DNA of 63,395 nt, the filler included, from Octopus bimaculoides (lineage: Eukaryota): the NCBI RefSeq assembly GCF_001194135.2. It is 4 parts of 4 records of this genome, joined end to end, with 100 filler letters (N's around TTAATTAATTAA, not from the genome) between each part and the next. Parts side by side here need not be neighbours in the genome. Positions count along the whole stretch, not along the records: positions 1 to 18,267 come from NC_069009.1; positions 18,368 to 37,093 come from NC_068984.1; 2 more parts are not named here. The stretch is one strand, 5' to 3'. The position numbers were made by a program, and so were the translations under genes. Below are positions 11,705 to 24,120 of this stretch, piece by piece. The notes beneath the pieces are model-generated. The model was not told the DNA's origin. It saw nothing but the letters and a program-made list of their open reading frames with translations, and did no database searches. The first letter of the stretch is position 1. Each line of letters begins with the position of its first letter.

Positions 11705-13740
11705 TTACCAAATATCAAACCAGTTGAGGGACCAGCCATCACAGTTGATAGCAGCATAATAGATAAGGCAATTAAGGACATGAAGATAGGGAAAGCCCCT
11801 GGGCCATCAGGAATCGCTTCTGAGATGATTAAAATTTCCAGTGGCGTAGGATACAGCTTAATCACCTGTATAGTTTATCAGGTTATTCAGGAAAGCACTT
11901 TCCCCAACAACTGGTATAGTAGCATTATAGTTAGCTGCTATAAGGGTAAAGGTGATGCCTTAGATAGAAACAATTACAGAGGTATTAAACTGCTAGACCA
12001 AGTCATGAAAGTTACTGAGAGGGTTATAGCTCAACTGATAAGAAATAGAATTAAACTATATGAGATGCAGTTTGGTTTTGTGCCTGGGAAGAGTACCACA
12101 AATACCATCTTTCTAGTGAGACAGCTGCAGGAAAAGTACTTGGCCAAAAGTAAGCCATTATACTTAGCCTTCATTGACCTGGAGTAAGCTTTCGACAGAG
12201 TTCCTTGCTGTTATATAGTGGTCCCTAAGGAAGTTAGGAGTAGAGGAGTGGCTTGTTAGAGCTGTACAAACCATGTACGGTGGTGCTGTCAGTAAGGTGA
12301 GAGTTGGCCATGAATACAGTGGTGAATTTAGCGTACAAGTAGGCGTTCACCAGGGCTCAGTTCTCAGCCGACTCTTTTTTATTATAGTCCTCCAGGCCAT
12401 AACAGAGGAATTCAAAACTGGATACCCATGGGAACTTCTATATGCTGATGACCTTGATCTTATTGTAGAATCTTTAGCAGAATTGGAGAAGAAATTCCAG
12501 GTATGGAAACAAAACCTGAAATCAAAGGGCCTTAAAAGTTAACCTAGAAAAGACAAATGTGGTTGTTAGTAAGAAAGAAGATGAAACTTTCTTTCTGTCA
12601 GGTAAAAGGCCCTGCTCTATATGTAGGCAAGGAGTTGGAAGAAATTCCATTCACTGCACCCAGTGTAAACTATGGACACATAAGAGGTGCAGTGGACTCA
12701 CAGGTAGATTAACAGATAGAGTAGTCTTTGTATGTGGCAGATGAGCAGAAACAAAAAATACTAAGAACACACAGTATTTAGATTCTCTCAAATGCCCTGG
12801 AGGCTCTCTTGATGTTGTAGAGAGTTTTTGTTACTTAGGTGACCAAATTAGCAATAGTGGAGGATGCTCTGAAAGTATTGTTTCTAGAATAAGAATTGGG
12901 TGGAGGAAGTTCAGAGAGCTATTACCTCTGTTGGCAACAAGGACTCTCTCTATTGGAGTGAAAGGTAGACTATATGTTGCTTGTGTATGAATGGCTATAC
13001 TCCATGGTAGTGAGACATGGGTTCTGAATGCAGAAGACATGCGTAGACTGGGAAGAAACGAAGGTAGTATGCTCCATTGGATGTGCAACATCAGAGGACA
13101 TGTACAACAAACTGCAAATGTATTGAGAGAAAAGTTGGGCATAAGAGGAATCAAATGTAGTGTAGTAACGCCTGCGCATGCGTAGAATTAAACAAGCAAG
13201 CGTTTCCCGCTCAATTCATTCTCTTTCTCGCCGGCCAGCGATTGAGCATGGACGTGTGTTTAAAAGCTGTCTCTACATCTTTCGGTCTTATACTCGACAG
13301 CTCGTTATTCTCACCTCTAAAGATGTATAACTAAAAGATATGTATGTTTTACCACCTAAATAAATGTTGTTTGAGTTGTTTAGTCTGGAGTTCAGCGTTC
13401 CGTCTATTTCTTTAATTTTATAGTAGAAAGTCAGGTATACAATCTAAAGATGTATAACCCACTTTCTACTAAAGTAGCATGCAAAAGAGAAGACTATGTT
13501 GGTTTGGACATGTGATGCATATGAATAAGGACAGCTGCATAGAGAAGTGCCAATTACTGAAAGTGGATGGTACCTGTGGAAGAAGGAGACCCAGGAAGAC
13601 ATGGGATGAAGTGGTAAGGATTGATCTCAGGAAGTTGGATATCACGAAGGAAATGACCATGGACTGAGATGTCTGGTGATATGAAGTTCTTGAGAAGACC
13701 TGCCCACATCAGCAAAGCTAAGTTCTAGAAGCACTGTTTA
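11705..13740 (+). mobile_element. RTE-clade LINE, 5'-truncated, interrupted by a 313-bp insertion
   Basis: ORFs carry NYRGIKLLDQVMKV, GVHQGSVLS, LLYADDL and RRLCWFGHV. Confidence 0.9.
13161..13473 (+). mobile_element. Probable solo LTR inserted in the RTE LINE
   Basis: Non-RTE sequence flanked by a 4-bp duplication GTAG (13157-60 and 13474-77). It starts TGTAG, ends CTACTAAA and has an internal AATAAA; removing it rejoins the RTE reading (GIKCS/MQKRRL). Confidence 0.6.
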
Positions 13741-14533
13741 TAAAACCTCTCACACACTCTACCACAACGACCCAAACTATGTCTTTACATTCCTTCTCTT
13801 CCTCACATTTCCACTTCATGTACAATGATTACCTCCCACTCCCCAATCTTGTCCTCTTGGCCTGGTCTCACTGTATCATTGCTCACTGCTTGTCCCCGAC
13901 CTGTGTGTTCTACCCACATGCCTTGTCTCACTCTATTATTGCCATCTGCTAGCCCCCAACATAGGTGTTCCACCCACACATAACAAGAAATCTTTTCCCT
14001 CACCCTACCCCAACAAACCAATCTACATCTCTTTCTCACATTTCCTCCTTCATTCACTATGCCCTTTCCTCTGTATCATTGCTATCCAGTAGCCCCCACC
14101 AATTCTATATATACCCTTTTGCCACTTATTTGCACTCTTTAATCGCACTCCCTTCGCAATATCCTGTCACTTATATTATGACCTTCAAACCCCAAGGGTA
14201 TGCCCTTGCACTTGCCACTATCTATAACTCTCTCTTCCTTTACTCAACCCTTTCATTTATATTCTGATCCCCATTCCTTGCGAGTATGTCCAGCATTTTG
14301 CCACCATCTCCATCCAGCGGTCTCCCACTCTCTCTCTCCTTCTGCACTTCCCTGAGGTTGAGCAACCATGTATTTTCTTAGCGGTAGCACGCCTATTTCT
14401 GTCTTCATTCCTGATTTTTCTCTCTCTGGCTGGGTAACCTTGTACTTCCTCTTTAGCAAGACACCTATATCTGTTTCACTATAATCTTTTCATCATCACC
14501 TCCTCCAATGTCTTATCCCCTCTTAAAAGTTTC

Positions 14534-14764
14534 TTATTTCTTTATTGCCGACAAGGGGCTAAACATAGAGGGGACAAACAAGGTCAGACAAAGGGATTAA
14601 GTCGATTACATCGACCCCAGTGTGTAACTGGTACTTAATTTATCGACCCTGAAAGGATGAAAGGCAAAGTCGACCTCGGCGGAATTTGAGCTCAGAACGT
14701 AAAGACAGACGAAATACCGCTAAGCATTTCGCCCAGCGTGCTAACATTTCTGTCAGCTTGCTCG
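14534..14764 (-). mobile_element. tRNA-derived SINE (family B) with 16-bp target site duplication
   Basis: B-box-like GAGCTCAAATTCC on the minus strand; flanking direct repeat CCCTCTTAAAAGTTTC at 14518-14533 and 14765-14780. Confidence 0.85.
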
Positions 14765-14789
14765 CCCTCTTAAAAGTTTCTGTCTTGTA

Positions 14790-15080
14790 AGTACTTAGTG
14801 ACTCTGTCAGTGCAAGTGCCCAGTCCACACTGTAAAGTGGTTGGTGTTCAGAAGGGCATCCAGCTGTAAAAACCTTGCCAAAACCTCACCTGTGCTTATG
14901 CCATATAAAAACCACTAAGTCCACTCTGCTGAGTGGTTGGCGTTAGGAAGGTCATCCAGCTGTAAAAATCCTGCCAAAACAGTCACAGAAGTCTGGTGCA
15001 GGCTTTGGCCTGGACAGCTCTTGTCGTACCATCCCACCCATGCTAGCATGGAACACAGACATAAAATGATGATGACGATG
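14790..15080 (+). mobile_element. RTE-tail type retroposon fragment
   Basis: GGTTGGCGTTAGGAAGG.CATCCAGCTGTA core and a (GAT)n tail. Confidence 0.65.
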
Positions 15081-15091
15081 ATATATATATA

Positions 15092-16250
15092 TATAAAATG
15101 TTAAAGAGAATTCAAATAGGTTTAACAATTTATATAAACATATATTCTGCCATGGATCGATGTTTATCAGTTTTTGAATATAGAAATGCATCAGTCATTA
15201 AAATATTAAAACATATTAAAAATCTATGAATATATAAATATATAAAAATTTAATATACATATATGGAGAGATGAATGGGATTAAGTTGTAGAAGAGTAGA
15301 TGTATAAAGACATATAGAGACATCTAGAATTACAGTCATATTAAAAGGCATTGTAAAAATTACTAAAAATAGTCCTAAAATCTATGGATTACTGTGCCCC
15401 TGAAACAGCCGTAAGATGACTACCACCAACAGTTTATCTAAACAGGATTACTTATTCTCTCGGATTATTTACATATGTTTTTTGAAAAATCCAATCTCAA
15501 CGCTATGATCTTTCTTTATTCCCTCCTTTCATAAGACTTTATTTTATTCACTTTTTCATAAGGGCATATTTATTCTTAAACAATTTTTACAACGCCTTTT
15601 AATACGACTAAAATTCTAGATGTCACTATATATATCTTTATACATCTACACTTTTATAACTTCATCTCTCTATATATGTATACTCTTTTACTCTTTTATT
15701 TGTTTCAGTCAATTGATTGCGGCCATGCTGGAGCACCGCCTTTAGTCGAGCAAATCGACCCCAGGACTTATTCTTTGTAAGCCTAGTACTTATTGTATCA
15801 GTCTATTTTGCCGAACTGCTAAGTTACAGGGACCTAAACACACCAGCATCGGTTATCAAGCGATGTTGGGGGATGGGACAAACACAGACACACACATATA
15901 TATACATATACATATATACAACGGGCTTTTTCAGTTTCTGTTTACCAAATCCACTCACAAGGCTTTGGTCAGCCCGAGGCTATAGTAGAAGATACTTGTC
16001 CAAAGTGCCACGCAGTGGGACTGAACCCGGAACCATGTGGTTCGTAAGCAAGCGACTTAGCACACAGCCACTTCTGTGCCTATATTAAATTTTTAGAAAT
16101 TTATATATTCATAGATTTTTAATATGTTTTAATATTTTAATGATTGATGCATTTCTATATTTAAAAACTGATATACATCGATCCATGGCAGAATATATGT
16201 TTATATAAACTGTTGAACCTATTTGAATTCTCTTTAACATTTCTTTATAT
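15092..16250. repeat. Foldback-like element with long inverted arms, right arm interrupted by a SINE
   Basis: 15109-15240 is the reverse complement of 16098-16240; 15290-15370 is the reverse complement of 15585-15660. Confidence 0.75.
15684..16082 (-). mobile_element. tRNA-derived SINE (family A), full length
   Basis: Near-identical to 6388-6773. Confidence 0.85.
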
Positions 16251-16332
16251 CTGGCGTCTTGGGCTTTTATCTGAGCATTTCAAACTACTGCCTATACAAT
16301 ACACAAAGGAATTTTACTATATATATATATAT

Positions 16333-16471
16333 ATTGTTGGCACTCCATCACGGGTTCCAGTTGATCCAATCAACGGAACAGCCTGCTCGTGAAATTAACG
16401 TGCAAGCGGCTGATCATTCCACAGACACGTGCACCCTTAACGTAGTTCTCGGGGATATTCAGCGTGACACA
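16333..16471 (-). mobile_element. 3' part of SINE family C (truncated by gap)
   Basis: CACCCTTAACGTAGTTCTCGGGGATATTCAGCGTGACACA is shared with 32040-32080. Confidence 0.65.
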
Positions 16472-16727
16472 NNNNNNNNNNNNNNNNNNNNNNNNNNNNN
16501 NNNNNNNNNNNNNNNNNNNNNNNNNNNNNNNNNNNNNNNNNNNNNNNNNNNNNNNNNNNNNNNNNNNNNNNNNNNNNNNNNNNNNNNNNNNNNNNNNNNN
16601 NNNNNNNNNNNNNNNNNNNNNNNNNNNNNNNNNNNNNNNNNNNNNNNNNNNNNNNNNNNNNNNNNNNNNNNNNNNNNNNNNNNNNNNNNNNNNNNNNNNN
16701 NNNNNNNNNNNNNNNNNNNNNNNNNAT

Positions 16728-17000
16728 ATAGGCATAGGAGTGGCTGTGTGGTAAGTAGCTTGTTTACCAACCACATGGTTCTGGGTTCAGTCCCACTGTG
16801 TGGCACCTTGGGCAAGTGTCTTTTACTATAGCCTCAGGCTGACCAAAGCCGTGTGAGTGGATTTGGTAGACAGAAACTGAAAGAAGCCTGTTGTATGTAT
16901 GTATGTGTGTGTCTGTGTTTCTCCCCCCCATCATCGCCTGATAACCAATTTAGCAGTTCAGCAAAAGAGACCAATAGGATAAGTACTAGATTTACACACA
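16728..17000 (+). mobile_element. tRNA-derived SINE (family A), internally deleted
   Basis: Head TAGGCATAGGAGTGGCTGTGTGGTAAG..GGTTCAGTCCC. Confidence 0.75.
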
Positions 17001-17986
17001 CACATAGTTGTATGTACACCTAATCATCCTCAATTTCATATGTATATATATCTACACACACATATAATATACAATACACTGCAATGTGCCTTGTTGGTCA
17101 CGCTGGTAAAAGGAGACTAAAACAACAAAGTGGAAATGAGTGACTATGAGCGACGCTAAATGCAAATGAACTATAGTAAAAGGTTTTGTTTGGAAGTTTC
17201 TGGTATTTTAATAAAAAGATAAAAATGCAAATTTTTATTGCTAATTGTATTAATTAGTTTATCAGTTTCCCAAACACACACACAGTAATAATGATAGCTA
17301 AGTGGACCTGTGAAAAATTCACGGAAAATGTAAGAAATGTAAGCATCTGTAAACAGTGTTCTGGTGCCATGAGAAATGTTTGTATATTATGACCGTCTGT
17401 CTTTACGTTCTGAGTTCAAATTCTGCCGAGATCAACTTTGCTTTTCATCCTTTTGGGGTCTATAAATTAAGTATCAGTTGTGTACTGGGGCTCAGTTGAT
17501 TAGATCAATGGAGAAATTATAAAAAATGTATAAGTGGATAAGTAAAGCACCAGCACAGTTTTGATTACCTGTTATTATCCATAGATTTATTGTAGGAACT
17601 TCATAGTGGTGCTTGAGGTAACAGAATTAATAAAATAGATGGATGGAATGAGTAAAAGATTTTATTCAGTACGACACATGTTCTGGGTCTTTTCTCATAC
17701 ATAAATAAAAAAAATAAAAAAGTTTCACTAGAGATTTCCTAATTCAGTTTTACATACTGCTATAGGTCGATCAACTTTGAGAATGAGAAAAAACAGAAAA
17801 ACTGAAATGTGAAAAATTCAAAAATGAACATGAAAATTACACATTCTAGTTTAGAGAAAATAACGTAATGAGCCATTGCTGTTCTAACTGTTAAGAGAAA
17901 GAAAAGGAGGTCGAAGCTGAAAGGAAGATAACACTAAGACAAAAACTTTTTTGTATTCGTGCTTAGACACACATATACATAGATAC

Positions 17987-18023
<37 letters not shown>

Positions 18024-18311
18024 CGCACTTTTACATAGGCACTCACACATACATATCCAAGTATATGGGTATATACATACTAGATACATGTGCATACGCA
18101 CATATATGGACGAATATATATATATATATATATATATAATTATAATACAGGGTATCTAAGAGATACCGCCACGCTGAAAAATAGCAGTCAAATCCTGACT
18201 CTAAACCACAATAAATGTTCATACATATATATATATATATATTTGTATTTATGTACTTGAGTATATTNNNNNNNNNNNNNNNNNNNNNNNNNNNNNNNNN
18301 NNNNNNNNNNN

Positions 18312-18323
18312 TTAATTAATTAA
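18312..18323. other. Assembly spacer TTAATTAATTAA between N runs (artefact)
   Basis: The identical 12-mer (stops in all six frames) is embedded in N runs here and at 37138 and 61964. Confidence 0.9.
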
Positions 18324-18879
18324 NNNNNNNNNNNNNNNNNNNNNNNNNNNNNNNNNNNNNNNNNNNNATGGAAAGCAGACGTTAAACGATGATGATGATG
18401 ATGATGATGAGCATAGTTTCTGGAAGTGGTCACGTTGTCAAACTCACATGGCTGTGAGCCACAACAGCAGTTTGTTTTTTTTGTATGAACATTTTGCATT
18501 ATATAGTTCAGACATGGATGACATAGAAAGCAGACATGCTGCCAGGCCATGCCGCATTGCACAGGATTGGAAATGTGAAACATCAACAGGGCACTTCTGG
18601 AGAATGGATAAATGGGTTTGTTGTGCCTTTACCCAGCCGCACTCACACACGCACATAGCCCAGTGGTGTGTGGGATAGTAACATGAAGCATCAACAGGGC
18701 GTCGACAAAAATTTTAATGTTCTTCATATTTCCTCTGCCAAATTAAACAAAAAGGTTTTCACGAAATATTAGATGCTACTTATAATGCATAAGTAGTGTC
18801 CCTATTGGGTGTATCTCAAGTTTTAACGACATGGCAAACACACATCCTGTGTGTTTTATAAACATATATATATATATAT

Positions 18880-19633
18880 AGCCTGGGCAAAGTTTAGAGA
18901 GCTCTTACCTCTGCTGGCAACAAAGGGACTCTCACTCAGAGTAAAAGGCAGACTGTATGACGCATGCATACGAACAGCCATGCTACATGGCAGTGAAACA
19001 TGGGCTGTAACTGCTGAGGACATATGTAAGCTCGCAAGGAATGAAGCCAGTATGCTCCGTTGGATGTGTAATGTCAATGTGAATACCCGTCAGAGTGTAA
19101 GTATCTTGAAAGAAAAGCTGAACATTAGAAGCATCAGTTGTAGTGTGCAAGAGAGACGATTGCGCTGGTATGGACATGTGGTGAGAATGGATGAGGATAG
19201 CTGCATNNNNNNNNNNNNNNNNNNNNNNNNNNNNNNNNNNNNNNNNNNNNNNNNNNNNNNNNNNNNNNNNNNNNNNNNNNNNNNNNNNNNNNNNNNNNNN
19301 NNNNNNNNNNNNNNNNNNNNNNNNNNNNNNNNNNNNNNNNNNNNNNNNNNNNNNNNNNACCGAGACCTTTGGAAATGTGCTGTGCGTGAGAAGACCCGGC
19401 AAGCCAAGTAAGATCGTTGCCAGTGCCCCTGGACTGGCTCTTGTGCGGGTGGCACATGAGATGCACCATTTTGAGTGGTTGGCGTTAGGAAGGGCATCCA
19501 GCTGTAGAAACTCTGCCAAATTAGATTGGAGCCTGGTGTTGCCATCCGGTTTCACCAGTCCTCAGTCAAATCGTCCAACCCATGCTAGCATGGAAAGCGG
19601 ACGTTAAACGATGATGATGATGATGATGATGAT

Positions 19634-19635
<2 letters not shown>
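18880..19635 (+). mobile_element. RTE LINE 3' end, with gap
   Basis: WAKFRELLPLL..MLHGSETW..RRLRWYGHV, then the 3' UTR and a (GAT)n tail. Confidence 0.9.
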
Positions 19636-19668
<33 letters not shown>

Positions 19669-19897
19669 CTTGTAACTTCTATACCATGACTTAACTATAG
19701 TGCTGTTGTTTCAACAATCTCTGGATACTGATGTGATGCCATGATACTGAACTAAATATTTAACTAAACGCAATGTGATTCTCAGCAAGTGTGTGTTATG
19801 AACTTTGGTGTTTTATACCACATACAAAAGAAAAACATCATCTAACCATGCTCTTTACAACTTGCACACATGCACGCACACACACGCGCATACGCAT

Positions 19898-19936
<39 letters not shown>

Positions 19937-20538
19937 ACTGTATTGTTCCTTGAATTGAGCTGCTGAACCACTTCAGAATTTCCAAAGAGTTTTTGCTGTA
20001 GAAGAATGGAGGACCTTTTTATAGTGGACATATCCACCAATTGTTATACTGTGGCTGTTTAACTGAGATAATAAGAGCGTCATACCTTTGGAAGGTAACA
20101 GTTCACAGCATGTCATTAAGCTGTTCAATGTCTCTTATTATAGATGCTTAATTTTTGCTAACGAGCTGATTCAGTAGCTTAAGTATTTTTAGTTAGTGCA
20201 AAAGCTAAAAATAAAAGTGACAGCAAAATAAATTGTACCAGTTGTTGTCACAATATAGTTGGATGACAAACATCATCACTGTGGGATATGCAGTTTAAAC
20301 CTCAGTAGATTATATGATTCATTTGTTGTTGTTTTTTGTTGAGTGACTTTATGTCATATCTATTCCAGTGGACGTTTAATATAGGTTGTGTAGTTAAGAA
20401 GTTCACTTTACAACCACAAGGTTTTGGGTTCTATCCCACTGATTGGCACCTTGGATAAGTGTCTTCTACTTTAGCCTCAAGTCAACCAATGCTTTCTAAG
20501 GGAAATTTTGGTAGATGGTAGAGGGAACCTGTATGGAA

Positions 20539-20578
<40 letters not shown>

Positions 20579-22566
20579 CCATGACTTGTTTATCTCCCTT
20601 GCAAACAATATGTATTTCAGTCATTTCCACATATAAAGGACTAAGGGAATAATAAAACAAAGTACCTTACTTTGGAAACAAGTAAGTGTTGGTGACAGGA
20701 AGGCCACCTAACCACAGAAATACTGCCTCAGTAAATCTTGTCCAACCTCTGCAAAAGCAGACGTGAACATGAGGATGATGATGACGATGGCAAAGACAAC
20801 AATAATGACAATGACAATGTTGCTAATTGAATGTCAATGAGGAAATTTATGAATATTGCAAGTAAGATATTTCTTTGTCTTCTGGGATAATGTTACAGAG
20901 TTCTCCTTGTAGTATTGTTGTGGTTTAGCACAAGGCCAACTCTGATTGAACAGATCTGCAATATGCAGGTAGTTGAGCCACATATCTGTTATTTCAGATA
21001 TACTGTGTCTGCACCTGACTGGTGACCATACAGGAACACTTTGGCTTAACAATTCAACTGCTTCCAAATATCCAGTTTTTAAGTGAGAAGCAAATTCACA
21101 TTGAAATAATATTAAAAACAGTGGTTACATTCTTAACTGTAATGACTGTTATTGCAAATATGAAATTCCCAATTGTAGTTACTCTTTAAATTTGATACAC
21201 ATTTTGCCATGGAGTGTGATTAGGTCATCTAATCAAAATGATAAACCTACTAACAATGAAAAATAGCTGGAATACATTAAATTATTTAAAAAATTAAGTA
21301 GATTTACAGATATTCCCAAAGTGACTTATTTCATTTGTTATGTTGCATTAAGGTACCTTGAATTTGGCTAGAAATGTTGAATTAGCAATCCCAAGGGGAA
21401 GGGTGAATAAATTCAAAAGTTTTAACACAAAAGAATAGTGAAGATAATGTGAATACAGTTCGTGCTCACAAAATTAGTGAATGGCTGAATGAATGAATAA
21501 ACACATATTACTGAGATTCATTGTGATAATTAATCTTTCCGAACAATTATTATTAATGTTTAGCATTTATTTCACATAATTAACTCTTAATTTTTTATTT
21601 TTACATTTATCAAAAGTACATAATATGAACAAAGAATTATGTGAGAAATAAGCAAGAAATTATTAAATAGTATATTATATTGCAGTACTGTGCATTCTGA
21701 ATAGGAGTGATAAATTGTACAGTGTGCAACCTGACTGTCTGTACACGAGCTTCTTCTATATGGCAACTTGACCCATTAGAATTAGCAAGTAAACCTCCTT
21801 TAAATTTACTCCACCATCTTCAGAATAGATAAACAAGCCTGAAACAGTAGTGTTGCTATGCGGAAGCCAAGATATGTAATTCAACTCTGTTATCTAACTC
21901 GTTCAATGTAGCTGTTATATCTTCTAATGTTTCCCTAACTGTCATTAAAATAGTGTTACTTTACCTTCACCATCCGCATTAAGTGTTACAGAGGATAAGT
22001 AAAAGTTCTCAGTAAGCTAAACCTGAAACCCAGTGTTAATCTCTGGCTGTAGTCATTTCATATTACATGTGCCATGAACCAAAAGGCAGGCTGCAAAGAG
22101 GTTGTTTGACCAGTTAGAAATAGAGGCCAAATCTTCTTCAAATTACATCCTATTGTCTTAATCAAGGAATGAAAAATTGGATAAGGTAGTCCTAGATATA
22201 CTACATCAGAAAATAACAAGATAATCATATAAGAAAATAATACAAGATGGTCATAAAAGATGGTCATGTCAGATTTCTTCAAAACAAATTATCTAGTTTA
22301 CAGTCTGCATATGTGCTTCCTTTATGGTGAAATTACTTGCAGTAAATTTTTCCATGGCAAAAATGTTTACAGTGAATTTTGTGGACATGACATTTAAGTA
22401 ACCCTTTCCATCATCCATTTGATTGTTTTCTCTTTATCTATTGTCTACAGTGTTGTTGAGACTTGGAACAACAATGATACTGATCGAGTAGACCTATAAT
22501 CAAGGTCTTCAAGTTATAACCATCCCATTTTAATTTTAGTCAATATATCCATTACTCAGTACCTAA

Positions 22567-22790
22567 GGCAGTGGTGAGCTGGCAGAAACATTAGCACGCC
22601 GGGCGAAATGCTTAGCAGTATTTCATCTGTCTTTACATTCTGAGTTCAAATTCTGCTGAGATTGACTTTGCCTTTCATCCTTTCAGGTTCGATAAATTAA
22701 GTAGCAGTTGCATTCTGGGGTCGATCTAATTGACTGGCTCCCTCCTCAAAAATTTCAGGCCTTGTGCCTAGAGTAGAAAAGAATACACCC
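22567..22790 (+). mobile_element. tRNA-derived SINE (family B)
   Basis: GGCAGTGGTGAGCTGGCAGAAACATTAGCAC..GAGTTCAAATTC; reverse complement of 14534-14764. Confidence 0.75.
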
Positions 22791-23299
22791 AGTACATTTT
22801 TATCCAGTGTTTCCATTTTTAAGATGGCAGGGTATGGCTGTCAGATTATAAAAAAAAAAAAATGCAATGTGATAATTTCTCCAGCTCTCTATACTCTGAA
22901 TTCAAATTCTACTGAGATCAACTTTGGTTTCATCCTTTCAGGATTGATAAAGTACCTGCCCAGGGCTGATGCAACCCCACCTTCTCCACTTATCATTCCC
23001 AGGATGCTTTGCAGGGTCATGAGTGGTGAGGTGTAACTGTGTCTGCTTGTGACTACGTGGGTACCTAAAACAAAAAAGCAAAAGCATGATATTTGCTACT
23101 AAGTCATTCTTGAATGCAAGTGACTGCTGTAGAATGCAGCTTAAAGAGGAATCTGGTTGCTATTTCTAGCAAGTTCAGAGATTATGAAGCAGCTCCCTAG
23201 TTGGTCCAAGATATTTATTTCAAATTTGAATGGAAAATGAATAATCTCTTTCTCCTGCTCTCACTTGCACTCTTGCTATCTCCTACTCTCTGTTTTCCT

Positions 23300-23770
23300 T
23301 TGTTCTTCCCTCTGGTTGGGTAACCATGTGTCTCTTCTATAGTAGTACATCTGTTTCTGCCCTCATTCCTGATCACTCTCTCTCCCTCCTTCTCTTGCTA
23401 GATAACCATGTATCTCCTTTATAGCAGCACACCTGTTTCTGTCCTCTTTCTTGTTAACTATATGTCCCTCTGGGTAACCGTGTATCTTCAGCAGCACACC
23501 TGTTTCTACCCCATTCTTGATCACTCTCTCTCTTTCTCTCACCTTCTCTTGCTCTTCCTGCTGGCTAGGTAACCATCTATTTCCTTTACAACAACACACC
23601 TGTTCCTACCCTCTTTCTTGTTAACTCTCTCTCCCTCTCTCTCTATTTCTTTATCGCTTTTTCTCCTTCTCTCTATCTCTCTTTCTCCCTCTCTCTATCT
23701 CTCTTTCTCTCTGTGGCTGGGTAACCATGTACCTCCTTTACAACAAGACACCTGTTCCTGTCTCTCTGTC
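23300..23770 (+). repeat. Pyrimidine-rich minisatellite (~5 degenerate units, GGTAACCATGTA..CACACCTGTTTC)
   Basis: Unit starts near 23320, 23401, 23473, 23568 and 23721; related units occur at 14355-14470. Confidence 0.7.
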
Positions 23771-23824
23771 ACACACTAACCTTTTATCATCTGACACAAG
23801 ATCATTTCCTCCAATGCCCCCTCT

Positions 23825-24120
23825 CAAAGATTCCTTGTCTTGCAAGTTACTTGGTGACCCTGCCAGTGCTGGTGCCACTTAAAAAGTATCCAGTCCATAC
23901 TGTAAAGTGGTTGGCATTTGGAGGGGCATCCAGCTATAAAAAACTTACCAAAACTGACCTCACCTGTGTTGGTACCACTGCAGGATGGTTGGTGTTAGGA
24001 AGGGCATCCTACCATAAAAACTGTGCCAAAACAGTCTCAGAAGTATGGTGCAGGCTTCTGCCTGGCCAACTCCTGTCAAACTGTCCACCCCATGCCAGCA
24101 TAGAAGGAGGACGTTGATGA
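23825..24120 (+). mobile_element. RTE-tail type retroposon fragment
   Basis: Duplicated GGTTGG..GGCATCC core; ends ACCCATGCCAGCATAGAAGG..GTTGATGAT. Confidence 0.6.

Noticed and set aside
20834-21110. ~90-codon open frame on the minus strand (CEFASHLKTGYLEAVELL...)
   Set aside because: No convincing acceptor or donor and no recognisable family; this length can occur by chance
23300-23770. Repeat array that superficially resembles a repeat-spacer (CRISPR-like) pattern
   Set aside because: Units are degenerate, spacers are low-complexity CT tracts, the context is eukaryotic and there are no cas genes
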